DNA of 64,000 nt from Marsupella aquatica. Its lineage: Eukaryota; Plantae; Marchantiophyta. Shown piece by piece: positions 25,882 to 40,542 of the stretch. The position numbers and the translations under genes are program-made. Below the pieces are notes generated by a model, which saw only the letters and a list, made by a program, of their open reading frames with translations, was not told the origin of the DNA and did not search any database. How positions within the stretch are numbered: position 1 is the stretch's first letter; each line of letters opens with the position of its first letter. The DNA lies in NCBI GenBank assembly GCA_973895155.1, contig OZ316892.1, positions 1,615,223 to 1,679,222 on the forward strand, in the 5' to 3' direction.

Positions 25882-26514
25882 TTATAGCTCATCCATCCGG
25901 ATATCCTTGTCAAGATTAAAAAAAACGCCATACTCCTCTTCTGCCAACGTAATGGCTTCGCTCACAAAAGCAGTGGTCACAACCGGCGGTTTTCCAGGAG
26001 CATGGCGATTGAAGATAGGTTTCCCAACTTGCAGAAACCATTGATCAGCTCCACCAGGGGCATATGTGAGAACCATTTGAGCAGGTTTGTCAGATTTATT
26101 GATGAACGAATGAGGTACCAACCTAGGCAAGTGCACAAAGCATCCCTTTGTTGCACGGAACGATCGGCTTCCAACAGTCCAGACCATCTCGCCATCGAGC
26201 ATGTACCAAGTCTCTTCCTCCCGAGTATGCATGTGCATTGGTGGACCGGCCCCTGGAGGTACAATGTCCTCAAATAGAGCATAAGTTCCTCCTGTTTCGT
26301 TTGACATGGCCTTCAAGGTGACCATAACTCCTAAGACCCACACACTGATTCCCCCACCTGCAATCCAAGTCGAACCATCATAATAAGGGCGGAAGTTATT
26401 CAAACCTTTGTCCCCGGATCGACCTTTGGAGCAGATCATTCCTAGTAAGGCATTGTTTTTTGCAAAAATTGTCACAAAGATTATCGAAGCAAAATGAAGT
26501 GATAGAATTAGCAT
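25882..26514 (-). CDS. Cupin-domain protein (quercetin dioxygenase-like monocupin) with a hydrophobic N-terminus; intronless ORF
   Basis: Motif 1 PPGAGPPMHMHTREEETWYMLDG and motif 2 GCFVHLPRLVPHSFIN, giving H-H-E-H metal ligands. Confidence 0.85.
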   Translation of the reverse strand: MLILSLHFASIIFVTIFAKNNALLGMICSKGRSGDKGLNNFRPYYDGSTWIAGGGISVWVLGVMVTLKAMSNETGGTYALFEDIVPPGAGPPMHMHTREEETWYMLDGEMVWTVGSRSFRATKGCFVHLPRLVPHSFINKSDKPAQMVLTYAPGGADQWFLQVGKPIFNRHAPGKPPVVTTAFVSEAITLAEEEYGVFFNLDKDIRMDEL

Positions 26515-28730
26515 GTACCTGGACCAATCATGGTCGTATCTCGTAAAGTATTAGAAGTGAACACCTCGTGACTGTACGATACCTGATCCATGGCTGCTCT
26601 GCTTGTGTGTATCCCAACACCAAGGGTCCAAGTTAGATCTTTATTCGCAAGCTTAAGAGATAGGTTTCGTTTCTATGGAAAGCAACTGCGGACTAACGCC
26701 AATGCGGATGTTCTGGAATCCGCTTTCGTATGCACAACCGATCTTCCCGATCCTTTCACTTATTTCAGCTTCCAAGTAGAAGATTAAACTCATCCTGACA
26801 TTTTTGTCCAGTAGATTCAAGGGAAGTAGAAGCAACAGCATACTTTAAAGGTGAATCCTATCCAACTTGATCTTCAAGCATTCTCAATTGAATACGTTCT
26901 GTATATTCAAATATTGCTGGATAAAAGTGTTGGTTCTATCAACACAAGGTTTACCAGAACATCCCAAAAGAGTCTGGTCCCCCCTTTGAAAACTCGACCC
27001 TGTTAAAACTAGTTCAGAATCGAGATCTGCCCTAGGGGACTTCAGCTTTGAAGTATAAGGATGGCTCACGTCCGTAACATCAAGCTTTCGGGTCTCAAAA
27101 GTTGCTTCAAAACACAACAGAAGGTTGAACAAGCAAAACACACAGCGCGTTCATCATCTGGCGTTTCACTAGCCATCGTCGCACCAGAGAGAAGAGCGAT
27201 GGGAGTATGAGAAGAGGATTGGACAAAATCCCCAACGTAAAGAAAAACTGCTGATTAGAGACATTAAGGCTCATCGGGCAGCGAGAGACAGAGAATCCTA
27301 ATTACAGTGAGCAGAGAGTACTGCATCAACCAAACTGACAGAAACCTGACCTGACTGATGAATTATCTATCTCACAAAGAGTAAAATAATGGGAAAATCT
27401 TCTGGAGATGGCACACCCAGAGTAAAGGAGATAAAATAGCAGATGATTAGGAGTCAAAGAGACACAGAACGACCGAAATCCAGGGAGCAAACAGAGACAG
27501 GCTACCTTATCAAATAGTGGAAAGAGAGAAATAATTGAAGAATTTCACAACCAAAACAGTGAATAAGGACAAAAAGCATATGGGGAATGAACGGAGGCAT
27601 ATTGACTGAGTTCAAGCAAAAACAGAGAACCAGAACGCCCGAAACTCAGGAAGCAAACAAAGACAAAGAATGACTACAACACAAATCGCAAACAATGACA
27701 ACATGACTGGACCGTCGAACTAAAACAATGCCTCAATCTCAAATTCAAGATGTGCGTAAATGAGAAAAGCCTCGTTAGAAGCCAGACATGGAATTAACGG
27801 AGACAAACTGACTGAAATCTCGGGAGTTAAGCAGACACAGAACTGCTGAGAATCAGGTGGCACACACTGAATGAACCTTTCCCCAGCAATGACAGAGTGA
27901 GTGGATCTAGGAGCATCAATTGCCACAAATGAGCCACAACAAGCACGAAATCAAAGAGCGAAAAGAACACAGACCGAATGACACGTTGTCAGCGAGCTAA
28001 GACATGAAGCACGAGTGAACCTCGGGGTCCCTGACCTGGCGAAACAAGTGAGAGAGAGAATGGCTTAAGCATTCTCGACAGGAAGTGGAGAAAGAACGAA
28101 CCGCAGAGGAAGTGGAGAGGAAGGAGCAGGAGAGCGGAAGGAGATGCAGCTCAGATTACTTACTCAAATCTTCTTCACAATTTGGATTCTCACCCTTCTT
28201 CTTCTTCTTCTTCCTTGCTCACTGCGGTCAGTCACGACGGTAGAGAGTCCCCAGACTTCCCCTCCACATGCAAAACAGTCGTTGCTTCTCGTCGATTCAT
28301 TTCGCATTTGGGTCAATGATCTAACCTGAACTTTCGCTTCGTAAGTTGTCGTCAATTCGTTTCGCATTGGGTTGCTTCAACTGAACGGACGCGTTCTCCG
28401 TACTCTGCGTTTCTTTTCCGTCCTAAAACGTGTGCTCTTCACAACTGCGAATATACCTCTTCCATGTGTGCGATGCCTGCTTATAGTATTGACATTGGGA
28501 CGGTGCGTAGAAAGAGAAAACTAGGAAAAGAAGATTTGATTGAATAAATGATCTGTCCAATCCAGAAAAATATATTTAATCTGAACAGTTTTCGGCCTTT
28601 CGTGGTACTTTAAAACTTTATTGGCAATTTGATCTACAGCCAATATTGAGTTAAAACGTAAACTTGGCCGCGAACTCTCCTACTGAAAGATTTTATTGGA
28701 TGCTGAGCCAGCTGTGCAAGGCAATTGGAA

Positions 28731-28806
28731 AAAAATGACCAAGATCGAACGGTGTACATATAGCATATAACAACAAAAATGACCAAGATCGAACGGTGTA
28801 CATATA
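28731..28806. repeat. ~44-bp period tandem duplication
   Basis: aaaaatgaccaagatcgaacggtgtacatata occurs twice. Confidence 0.85.
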
Positions 28807-29806
28807 ACAACTGTACAGAGCAAAATCTAGTGCTGTAGACCATGTCATCATCATACAAATTATAACTCAAGATTCAGTGCAAACTTTAAACGGTCCACAC
28901 GGCACTTCTCTGAAGAAACCGAAAGGAAAGTGCAGATATTCATCAATTTAGTGGTTGAGCTTTTGGAGACACTTGACGGGTGACTCCTGGAGTTCAGCTA
29001 GGGACGGTTCAGTTGTGGCGGGTCCATTACGTTGTTTACATGTCTAGTGGCGGAGAGTCTAGAGTGACACTGAGAATTTCGCGAGTGTAGGCCTTCCGCA
29101 TTTGAATTGGTACGACACATGTCCTGGAGATGAAACGGGTGACTTTGTACTGCGTGGCCTACATGCCATTCCAAAGTGCCTTTTGCTCAGTGCCTTAGTC
29201 CGTCGTTCCAGATTCAAGCCCTGCGCATGTTAACCAGTGTGTGTTTGTACGAATCAACGTATTAAAAGAAAATGAAGGGATGACTCAATTACAAAAATGT
29301 CGTAGGAATTAATCTTCCTTCAATTAGGTTGTGATGCTGCTGTATCACTGGAACAACCACCATTGTGGTATCATGAATACAATTTCCATTGACCGACAGA
29401 ACTAATATGAGTTGGAATGCCCTTCTTCCAAATCAGACATTGAAACTATCTCTTGCAATCTATCAATACAAATTAACACGATCGGTAATCCAGAGACTGA
29501 CAAAATTGAGGTATCCCAACTAATTCTATTTCTGGGTATACAGTTTCCGGGCTTACTCTGTGAAAAAGGCTGGCTGCCTAGGGGTGACATATTCCCCTCT
29601 AAGAATCTGCTTTTTAGCAATGCCAAGATTGCTCGCCATCACTACAGATAGCGCAGAACTCAAATGTACAGCTAATTTCATCCATCATTTCAGGCAATTT
29701 GCTTGAGATGAATTGGGTAACATTGTGGTTATCTTTCAAAGCCCAACCTTGAGGCTCCATGTCAGAATGAGCAAAGTTGCTCCAGTTGAAAAGTTAAGGT
29801 TACAAG

Positions 29807-32800
29807 TCAGTCAATGCGTTTCAAGCCCTTTCTGAAACAGCAACTGGGACAGAAGAAGCATTGGATGTAAGCTGATTACGGTAGTCGACCAATTCTTTTG
29901 CCACGGAAACTTTGTTGTACCGTTGTGCCTGCCAAGAAAGGAGTTAAAATTTTCCGTTGTCTATGGAGCAGTATGTCTTTCGTCCACAAAGAAAGCCAGA
30001 TAGTTTCTCTCCTGCAACATCTTACCAAGGAACAGCAAGGAAATCCTCGTAGATTTAGCAAATCAAACCCAAAACACACCTGAAGAATGAGTTGTTCCAG
30101 AAAATTGGTTTTGTCCACAGGAAAATCTGGAGATGAAAGTAGCTCAAAAAGCTGCAATACAGATTTGAGCAGATCAGTACCCGTGTCCCTTCTGAATCGA
30201 ATCAGGAAGAGTGATTGTTTCAAGTACAGCTATAGCATTTCAGTGCCACCAACTAACTACAAAGAGCACGGCGTTGCAGAAAGAGCAAAGAGGAACAACA
30301 AAATTACCTTCTGTGTATTACTAGCTTTTGAATATCTAAGTGCCTTCACAATAGTAAGAAGGAAGTTGATGACTTCATCTCGGTCTTTTTCTGTGCCCGA
30401 AGGTGTGCAGACTATAACTCTCCGTTTCCTGAGAGACCTTGCACCTTCATCTGGTCCTAAATCAAGCCTTTCTGATCCAGGAGATACTTCACCATATGTA
30501 TGATTCAATTTCTCTGAGGTAGTTGAATGGTCTAAAAACGTGGGTCCTGACTGTTTATCTGCTCCAGGCGAATATGAATTTCTCTGTACGTCCATGTTCC
30601 CATCTCCCATCTCAGCGTCAGGTCCAACTGAAGCCCTAGAGTCCAGAGCTGGAACTGCATCTTGTGAGTCACTTAATCTTACATCACTTGGCTTTTCACT
30701 GGATTTATTCCCGTCTGGACTACTGTTTGATCGAAGACCATCTGCACCTTGAGCTTCAGGTAAAGTTCTAGCAGGAGACGTGACCTCTGCATTCGCAGAA
30801 GCCCCCTCTGAATTGCCGTCTGCTGCAGAACCTGAACTAGACAGTGATGAATTGGAAACACCTGGAGACTCTGATCGACGTCGTCTTTTCCTTCCACGGA
30901 AAAGCGGTCCTCCTGTACCTTCCAGCCAAGCTTCGTCTGCGCCATCATTCTTTTCCTGCCTGTAAGGGTTACCGAACATAGTTCTCTGCTGCTTACTCCG
31001 ATCCTGCTCATCTATCTGTGCAAACCAACACGTAGTACACATAACACGAATCACTTAGTGGCTCAAGACCCCGGTTGACTTCCTAACCAAACGATCACCT
31101 TACTCCGAAGAGATAACTGTTTATAAAGCCAAGCCGGTAAGGGCCCTAATATGTAAGGCTTGTAAGAGCCAACTTACATAAGGATTTCGAGGAGGTTGCT
31201 GCTTCATAAGGGCCTCATTGAAATCACCCATCTGCACAGTAGTACGTTTCACAAAACTGAGATCCGACCCTATTAAAGAGCAATGAAAGCAGATAGGGAG
31301 GTCCTCTGACTGCATATACATTACCTTCCAAAGAATGTTATACACGAGAACTTAGCCTTTGCCCATTATCAAGGACGGTTAAAAACCTTACCCACACAAC
31401 ACACAGAAATCTCCCAGCAACAGATTCAACATAAGCTGCATATAAATAGAAAGTATTCAATCAATCTCACAGTGATACCAATGTTTACCCAGACGGGACG
31501 TAGATGACCAGATGGTGGCTCGTATATCCTCTTAAGAACTTTCCAAATCATACAACGAGATAACGAGAAGAATACAAGATCAACAAGGTACCATTGGGCT
31601 AAATTGTTGCAGATGACTTCACATGCAGAAGAAAATCTAACTACATAAATAGACAATATTTGACCAGCCGATACAGACCTTCTCTATGGGTAGAGAATGA
31701 CGAGCTTCATCTTCTTCTTTTGCTGCAATCCGGGCTGCAAGAATGCTGATGGCCGAGCTTTTCAGTTTCGCACTGTCTCTTTCCATCCTTCGATTATGGC
31801 GGGCATCCATTGCAACAGCAACACGAATAGGCAAATATTGTAACTGCCTGTACATGGGAGAGAAGTACGGTCTCAGTTCCTGGATCAACAAGAAGACAGA
31901 ATGACATCTACGACGTAAGTTCGAAAATCATAAAGTTAGAGAATGATTGGGAAAACTAAGAATACACACCTCAGCAGCTGGTCACGGGAGACATCGAAGG
32001 GATTTTTGAAGAGTGCTATGTCTTTCATTACTCCAACATTAGTTGATGATGACATATTGTCAATATTTGAGGCTCCCATACCAGATCCATACCCAGCTCC
32101 AGCAACACCAACTGGTCCTACGAAAGGGCTAGGGACAGGAGGAACCCAACTTGTCGAGGAGGGTCCAGAGGGAATAAGAGCTTCCCAGGCTTTTCGTCCA
32201 TTTATCTGATCACCATGTCCCACAGTGCGTGCATGCTGGGGTGCTGACGTGGACGTGGCGACGTTGTTGATAGCTCCAGGACTCATACCAGGCGTGAATC
32301 CAGGGGGTGCTTCTACTGTTAAAGTTGAGGACATCAAAGGCAAAGTTCTACCCTGCTGATTGGTACTCGTGACCCCCGGAGTAGTTGTTCCCAACAGTTG
32401 GTGCTCAGTCTGTCAACGAAACAACATGTGATATGAATAATTTTCGCACGTCTTCAATCGAGCAGCAGCTTCGACTTTTCAGCCCATCAAGAACCTACGG
32501 ATTAACGCCAAGACTGCTAAACCAGGTGGGCCAACATAGTGCCAATACAATACTTCAATGCCCCAAAGAAGGGTCAAGAATCAAACAACCAAATGCGTAC
32601 AAAGTAGGTAGGACAAGACATATACCAGAATTCGCTTCATGTCTTCCTCCAGATCTGCTTTGGCTTGCATTCTTAAGCGTTTCAACTGATTTCCTACGAA
32701 TCCAGCAACGAGGGAATTTTCCATTGCTTCAGGCACGACATGTGCACTCAAGCCCCAGCGTTTCAGTGCTGTTCGCAAAGGAGCACCATAATAGGAAGGA

Positions 32801-35800
32801 ATACTATTGCAGTATCTTTCTATCTCTTGACGCCATTGTGGAAGTGGTGGCATCTTGGCTGTACCAGGCACCTTTCCAGCACCTTGATCCAAAAGCTGCC
32901 AAAGAACCTGATGCCAAAGAACCGAGGGGACTACTCAGTCCCTGAAACTTTGTGATGGCATGAAAATATTAATTTATATATACAAATGCAAATGCAAACG
33001 CAAACGCCAATGCAAATGCAAATGCGAGTATTAACTATGCTTCAAGCTTACAAGTAGTGAAAGACTTATCGGCGTCCTCTCACTTCATATTTACAGTGAC
33101 AACTACCACGAAACGTCCAGACTTTTCCCTTGGCTATAGAAATTGACACAACCATTGCAAGGCTTGCAGCATAGCTCACCGGATAGTTATATGGAAGAAC
33201 AACTAACGTCAGAGTAGTCCCACCACGAGTGAGTCGCAAATACCTTACAAGTCCAAAATTTTCAAGAATCAGAGAGTAACTGAGTGTACTCACTGTACAA
33301 TGCAAGGACTCACTTGACATCTTATGGGCACTTATCTACATCACTGAACATTACTTGGAAGGTCAATCTTGGTGAGATCACCATAAGAGAAGACATTGAC
33401 AAGCGAAGCAACTGATGGAGACTTCAGGTACCCACCCAAAAGGATCACCGTAGCCATGATTTGTGCCCTTGCTGTTCCTGACATATACTTGCCAGCAAAC
33501 TCCTTGTGGGGCTTTTAATAGAAATCCCATTATAGGATTGGATTCAATCTGCATATATGAAGAGGATCACCTTAGACACGATATATATCTATGACAATGA
33601 GCTGTCGTCAACGGGGCACATAATAGACAACATCTGTATTTACGACTCCGCAAGTAAGCGCGATTCAACGGTATGTAAGTGGAGAAGGACACATGATGAA
33701 CATAATTTTCCAGGACTCTGACGGTCTCTTGTCATGTTCCCAGTGTCCTCATGGGGCAACCTCGTGGAAACTAAATAGAAGGACTCCTTTTTTCTGCGAA
33801 GTATCTCAGCACACGCGTCGCTCAAATCCTCCTCAAGTGATCAAAGCAGCCTTCTACATTTTTTTGATAGCAATCAAGTTTGAGCAGAGATCAAAATAAA
33901 TGCGTCTACAAGAACCTGGCTTGCCGGGCATCATTAACCCCTTGCCAATTGAAGTGAATTAATCATTTGATGATAAATTCACATAACAAACAACATACAT
34001 AGTTTTTACATTGCATATCGCTAATAGACTATGCCCAAGAACTACTTGCCTCATACTTGTCACATATAAAATTGTTGGGGATATGAGGATCCGCATCCAC
34101 AGCTTTGTATGCAATAGTTGGATGAGGCTCCCGTGGTGGTATCCCAGGATGAGCAGGATCCGGCCAAAAAGCTTCTGGAATGGGCCAATGGCCTTGCTGT
34201 GCCTGATTGCCCCTAACCAGTAGCATTTTCCGCTGGCAAGCGGCCTGGACCTGCGTACATGCATGCAGATGGGTGTTAACAGACACTCCTACCAGTCTGT
34301 GAAATGGACTTTAGAAGTCCAAAGAACGCTTCATACGTTCTATACTCATTTAAAGAAAAGCACTTATCCATGTCTTTTGACGGGCCTTGTTCTTGTTCCT
34401 TGAGAACCTCATATGCCATTCAGGAGGTTGAATGTCTAGTTGCTAATAATCCGCTCTGCACCAAACTGGACTGAATGACAAATCCGATTTTTTGGGGGGC
34501 TTACATAAGATTGTACCTGAGGAGGAAGAGTTTGAGATCCGGGAAGGGGCATATGCTCAAATGACACAATAACACAAGGTGGCAACCTTGTAGCTGTTAC
34601 TTCAGTATGCTGCATCAACACTTTCCAACTCGTGGCCACAAAGCACTTGCCCCTGCAAACGAAAGCTGAAATATTTAAACAGGTCCAGTAAGGCAGGGCT
34701 AATAAAAGGCACAAACATCGTAACTAGCCTTTCTATGCATAAGTACATATGAGACATCAACACATGCAACGATCTATCACTAATCTGGGCATTCAGTTTC
34801 ACACCTTCAGACAGCAAAGGCGCTGAAAGCAAGAGGTAAAATCTAACCCGGTGAATTCACAGAAGGCCGAAATTATGGTGTCCATTGCGAGAGCAGTCTG
34901 TGAACCCGATATTGGGGCATTTTGTGGAATGGGCCCACTTCTTTCCAAAACTGCTGAACTGACCGACGGTATCCTGTATCAGAAAGAGAATACACCCCAT
35001 CAGATTCGACAACACAAAATCCACTCTGAGCAGCTTCAAGAGAAACGAGTCTCACAGTACACCCCCTCCGCTAGTGTTCGGCAAGTGGAAGCCAGGAATA
35101 AATCACTCATTAGCTTACATACTTAAAAGAAAGTAGGGTCATCACTATCCACGACATGAAGTAATCTGAGATCATCGCCGTACCAAATCTAATAAAATAA
35201 CCGCACACAATGCCCGCAATAAGTATCACCTTAAAACCGTGGCAAAGACTCGTTGGTCCCATCTAAATGGTCGACTTGATAGGTCCGCACCTACTGGACT
35301 GGGACCATTCTGGAGAAGGTTCTGGGTCACTCCGGCCTGCAAACGAAAAACAATTTCACCAATGACGAGCAATGATAAGCATTTTAGTCCATCTTCAATT
35401 TCAAGACCATAGTAGGTTCAATTAATTTGAGACCGAACGGAGAAGCTGCCCATGACATCAGCAGTAAATGACCCAAGGTCGAACAGCAAATGAGGGCCTA
35501 ACGACGAACTGAGGATCTGTGGTAGAACACAAATCCTACAATGCATGAAATAGGAAAGAAACTTCACCAAGGAAGTCAATTCTGTGCCATCTGTTAAAAG
35601 CATAATAGTTGTTGGATCTATTGAGCATGGATTACGTCCCTGTCCTGCAACCAACCATGGTTCCATTCTTTCAGAATTTTCCGGATGACTGCACCATGAC
35701 AAATCCAAATCATCCTACAATTAAATCATAAGATATATGTGACGACACAAACAAACATAAGACGACTTACCGAACCTATCACTGTCCCTTTCAAGTCTCT

Positions 35801-36804
35801 GAACATGAAGGAAGCTGAATATCCTTTGCATTGCTGCACCAATGTTGGTGAGATCTCGTGCTTGTATACTCTTCAAAGCACGCATAAAGTGTGGAAACGG
35901 ATATTTATCCATAGCCTATAGCAAATCCCAAGAAAATAACACGTCAACGAGACCATTGCTAACAACAATACTCATTACCGACTGAAAAGTCAGTAGCTAG
36001 GGATGCTGACTGTGGGAAAATAATTATCCATAAGCTTCAACACACTTCAAAAGAGATTCGAAGTTTGAACTAAGTAAGCAAAGCTGTGAAGAGCTGAACG
36101 AATGAGAACTAAGAGATAAACTTGAAACTGTCAAATAGGCTAAGCTAAAGAAGTAGAGAGCCTAAATGGAAGTGCAATGCACTGGAGTATAAAAGGCACC
36201 CCGACGATGAACGAGAGGCAGAGATTTAAAAACTCTAACTACGAGACAAGTCAATTGGACGTTACCTTGATGCAATCTGGTCCATCTTCGCATGTGACCA
36301 GCATGTACCTGAAATAATAAAGCGCATTAGATGCAACCGAAAGTTTCCAAGCGGCAGCAGTGACATCAATGTGACTAGAACTGATCAAATTAGAAACCTA
36401 CTCATTACAAGGGAAAGGTATCAAACCTGTCCATTCGACATAATGCATCTCGTGATCGCACCTGGAAAAAGCCAGCAGGTCCAAAATCATAATCAAAATC
36501 AAAGATGCAACCTACCAAATGATTCCTGCAAGCACAATCACGTAAAGGTTTCCGACCACCTGAACTCAATCCTTGGACCGTCATTGGATAAACTTTCAAA
36601 TAAACGATTTTCTCAAATCCGAATTGTTCCTCTCGCTGCTGCCTCTTGGCTACCTGCCAGCCAAGGAGCCAGCGAATCTTCAATCCTCCCACCCACCTTG
36701 TGGAAATGCTCGACGGCACTCTTCGCACAATCCAACAGCGACAGCCCATTGGCGCAGCGCTGGTTCATGGACGCGCTGGTGTCCAGCAGAAAAACCACCA
36801 ACAT
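29807..36804 (-). CDS. INTS6: Integrator complex subunit 6 homologue (N-terminal vWA domain), many exons
   Basis: MLVVFLLDTSASMNQR (36804), GQGRNPCSIDPTTIMLLTDG, EPFRWDQRVF, GHWPIPEAFWPD, LPYNYP, HSLPIEK/MGDF, MFGNPYR; probable last exon AQRYNK...RID* ending at 29807. Confidence 0.9.
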
Positions 36805-39800
36805 TGTGGCTCCCTTGATTGTACTCTTCTCTGCACTCCTCCTCCTCCTCTTCTCCCTCCTCCTTCCCCTGCTCCTCTCCCTCCTCCACCTCCTCCTTCT
36901 TGGCAGTAAAACCTCCGCTATCTGCGTCCCCTACCACCACCTCCATACAACACCAATGTCACCATGCACTTTTTCTGCCTCCACGATCATGCACTTCTTC
37001 CACCTCCAAAACAACAGTAGCTCCTTGTTGTCCTCTCCTCCGGCTCCCTCTATTTCCTCCTCCATGATCATCATGCCTTCATCCCCTCCCCACCCTCTTG
37101 CCCGCTGCCTCCCCTCTCAGGCTCTCTCCCCCTGCTTGCCCTGGGAAGAAGATGCTTGCAAGTGCGGTACATCACTGAATGAAGGAGTGCAATCAGTACT
37201 TGTAGCTTCTGATGATCAATGAAGGCGAATCAGTCAGGGAGCCAGGCAGGTTGCCAACTGAGCCGAGCACCCAACAAGCGAACTTTTCGAAACGGGAAGC
37301 ACATTTTCAAGCCAACAGCACCCGACAGCGCACTTCATTCATAGCTTCCTAGCACTAGCATCATCATGTTTGCTCCCATGGCGGCCTCCCAAAAAGTAGA
37401 ACCTCGGAAACAGGAACCAGAGAGGACAGAGGACAGCTTACATGAGGACGCGTTGCCGAGTCTCATGAAGGTCCCATGGGTGACTTTTAATTAACGCCAT
37501 TTTTTGCCTTGCAAGGAACCTTTCCTAACGAGAAGGGTCCTGCACAGCCAAAAGCCCACCATCCAGAAAGGCAACCCACATACACAGGAGGAGTAATAAG
37601 GGGGCTGTGTTGCATTCTCCCCCTTTCAGGCCAACCCCCATTTTGCAACCCACTCCAAAATTGTTGGAGCAAGTCGCAGGCATTTGTGGTTTTGGGGGTC
37701 ACCCTCAAACAAGTGCCGCAGTCGTAGGGTAGCCTAAAAGAGCCCCATTCCACAGCCCTCAAACGTGCCTTCACCCTGCGGTGACTTGAGGGCTCCTTGA
37801 ATGAGAATGACCGGTGGGGGCTGGCCATCCACCCCTGACTCTAAGACTTGAGGGCTAGATGGAATAGACCCTCAAGTGATGCATGGCTGAGGCTACCTCC
37901 AACATCTTGGGAGATTTGAGGGCAGAGACCATGGACCTGGGTTGAGGGCAGATGGAATAGAGCCCTAGCCAAAAAAAGTTTGATACCATTTTGGTGCTTT
38001 ATCGTATTCAGTGTGCCCTGTTCTGTTCTTAGTACTTGCCTAGGAGGAAAATGCTCCTTCTTTGCAAGAGTCCAACTTTTTTTAGCCTCAAATGAGTATG
38101 TCTTTTTCTTATTAGTCCTTGAAAATTGGGCTGAAAAGGGGACCCTCGTATGTTATTTTGATGTTTCCGATTGTCACAATCATATGTTATTGAGTGGCCC
38201 TCACATCTAAACATTATGCCTTATCACAAATACTATGAAGTGAGACCTTGCAACACATTCAAACATTACACCTTATCACAAATGCAACGTAACCTTGCAG
38301 CCCCTAGTGAGCCACACATCCAAACATGATAATACCTTATCCATTATAATACCTTCTCACATATGCTATGTAGTCAGAGATGGCAATCCCTTGTGAATCT
38401 GACCTTAGTCCCTATCACGCCCATTCTGCCATGGGGTTGAAAGAAGGAAGTGTCACGCTGGGTCTTCACCCAATGCTTTCCCCGTTGCCCACAATGCCGT
38501 GCAGACGGAAGGATAGAAAACCTGTGCCGCTGAAGCCCTTACGAGCTCGGGAATATAAGTAGAATATAAAACTTTGCTTTCAACTTCAGCCTCCCATCTG
38601 AACAAGATCAGTAGCTCACAAACATTATAACCAGTCCACCAATGCAAGAATATGTGCTTAGTCTTGACCCACCCTAATTGTGCTGACCAGGACTCGTTTA
38701 AATCACAACTGCCCATGTAAAGACCTGTAACTCTCATTATAAAGTGCACATTTTCAGGAATGGGCTTGAGCTCCACAAAAGGCGGTGAGTGCTTCACCTT
38801 TGATTGGCAAGCTCCATCTTTTATGCTGAGACATTTTTCACCACATGACAGGAATGAGGAGTAGTGAGGGAGGGAATGGGGCTTTTATATGGGCAGGTGT
38901 GGTTTAATGTAATGACAAAGCAATGTATTTTGCTTGTTTTTGTTTGAGAAATAGACATTGCACCCAATGTTTAGCAATGTACATAAAAAGTATGAAAATA
39001 AATGGCTATCCAAGTCTCACAATCATCATCGTTGTCTCAAGTTAGGAGAAACTGTCCCCAAAATGGTGTCTGACCAACTTGGCACATTGCAGCCTTAAGG
39101 GATTATGAGGTTTGATGTATACAGTTAAGTCCTGTTTGGAGGAGATTGTGGGCCATAATGTCCTGAAAAACAAGTGTCAGCTTGAGTTTTGAGGGGCTAT
39201 TATTGCCTGTCATGCTACATAGCAGGACCTTTGTATAATGAAGTGAGCATGGAAGGGCCTCACAAATTTTGTTTTCACTAATGTTATTTTTTGGGGGAAT
39301 TTTTTTAATAATTTATTCTGCATGAACCCCACAGATGGGGGGAACCTGCAGGCCAAGGCAAGTGAAAACAGCACCCAACAGGGTGAACACAGGCAAAAAG
39401 GCAACAAAGAAAGAGGGTCCAGCCAAACCTACATCACAAGAGGAGAGGCAAGTTTCAGTGTCTCAACATCCCATACTCACAGATAAGAGTACAGTAGTTG
39501 ACAGGGGATTGACCCCAATACTCAATGTCATGCAAGATGACAGTTGGTCACCAAGTGACATCCTAATCAATCTATTCTGTAAGCACAAGGCAGCCTGTGG
39601 GGCAAGAGTATCATTATCTATGAATCCTACAAATATGAGATATTAGCCAAAGTAGGGTTGGGAACTAGGTCATATTGTTTTCACTACTGTAGTGTAAAAG
39701 GAGAAACAGATAGATCTGAATTTTGACAGTGCATTCTTGTTCAATAATACCCTGTAAATCACAAAGAGAAACATTGAGAAGGGCACTTACTAAACATATG

Positions 39801-40542
39801 GTAAAGTCCTATTTACAGGGCATGGTGGGTTTGTAATGTCCCCCAATACTAGAGTTTTGAGGGGCTTTTATTGCCCAAAATGTTCTGGTAAGAGGACCTT
39901 AATACACTTAGGTCCAAGAGAGGTCTATTTCTACTAACTTAAATAAAAGCAGAGGAGACTCTTCATGACAAGTTTGATCCAATCTTGAACTGATAAATGC
40001 AAAGAAGGAAGGAAAATTCCTTTTTCTCTTTGCATTGATCAGTTCAGATAAATTTCCTTTCCTAGTGCCTTTCATGATGTTTCTCGTTCCAATTAATATC
40101 AGTTCTGACCAATTACCGTCAGATTCAACATACAAGAAGAAAGAACGAGCTTGAATGTCTTGAAGCTTTCTTCTTTCGTTGAGTACCGGTTCTACACGAG
40201 AAGAAGGAGAATCGAGCAATGCACAGTGGAGGACGAGACAGGAGAAGAGCACGAGAACAGGACGAAAAGAGAAGAAATTAGAACAGAAGATAGAGACGAG
40301 AACAGGAGACGAGGGAAATAGTTTTCTTCAACCTGTGTAGTGTTTCTAGTTCACATTCTAAGGTTTTGTAGGGTCCTCTCTGGACTCTTCTCTTTCTTTT
40401 TGGGAACCTCCTTTTGAGGTTCTTGCTTGTCCTCGCCGGACCTCGTTTGCCTTTTGCTCCATTATACTCTGTTCGGCCCTTTTCTGTGAATCTGTGCTTT
40501 TCGTCTTCTGAGTGAAGTGGTTGATTTTTCTTCAAAGGAGAA

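Noticed and set aside
36371-37222. 283-aa plus-strand ORF
   Set aside because: It is antisense to INTS6 exon 1 and its low-complexity 5' UTR.
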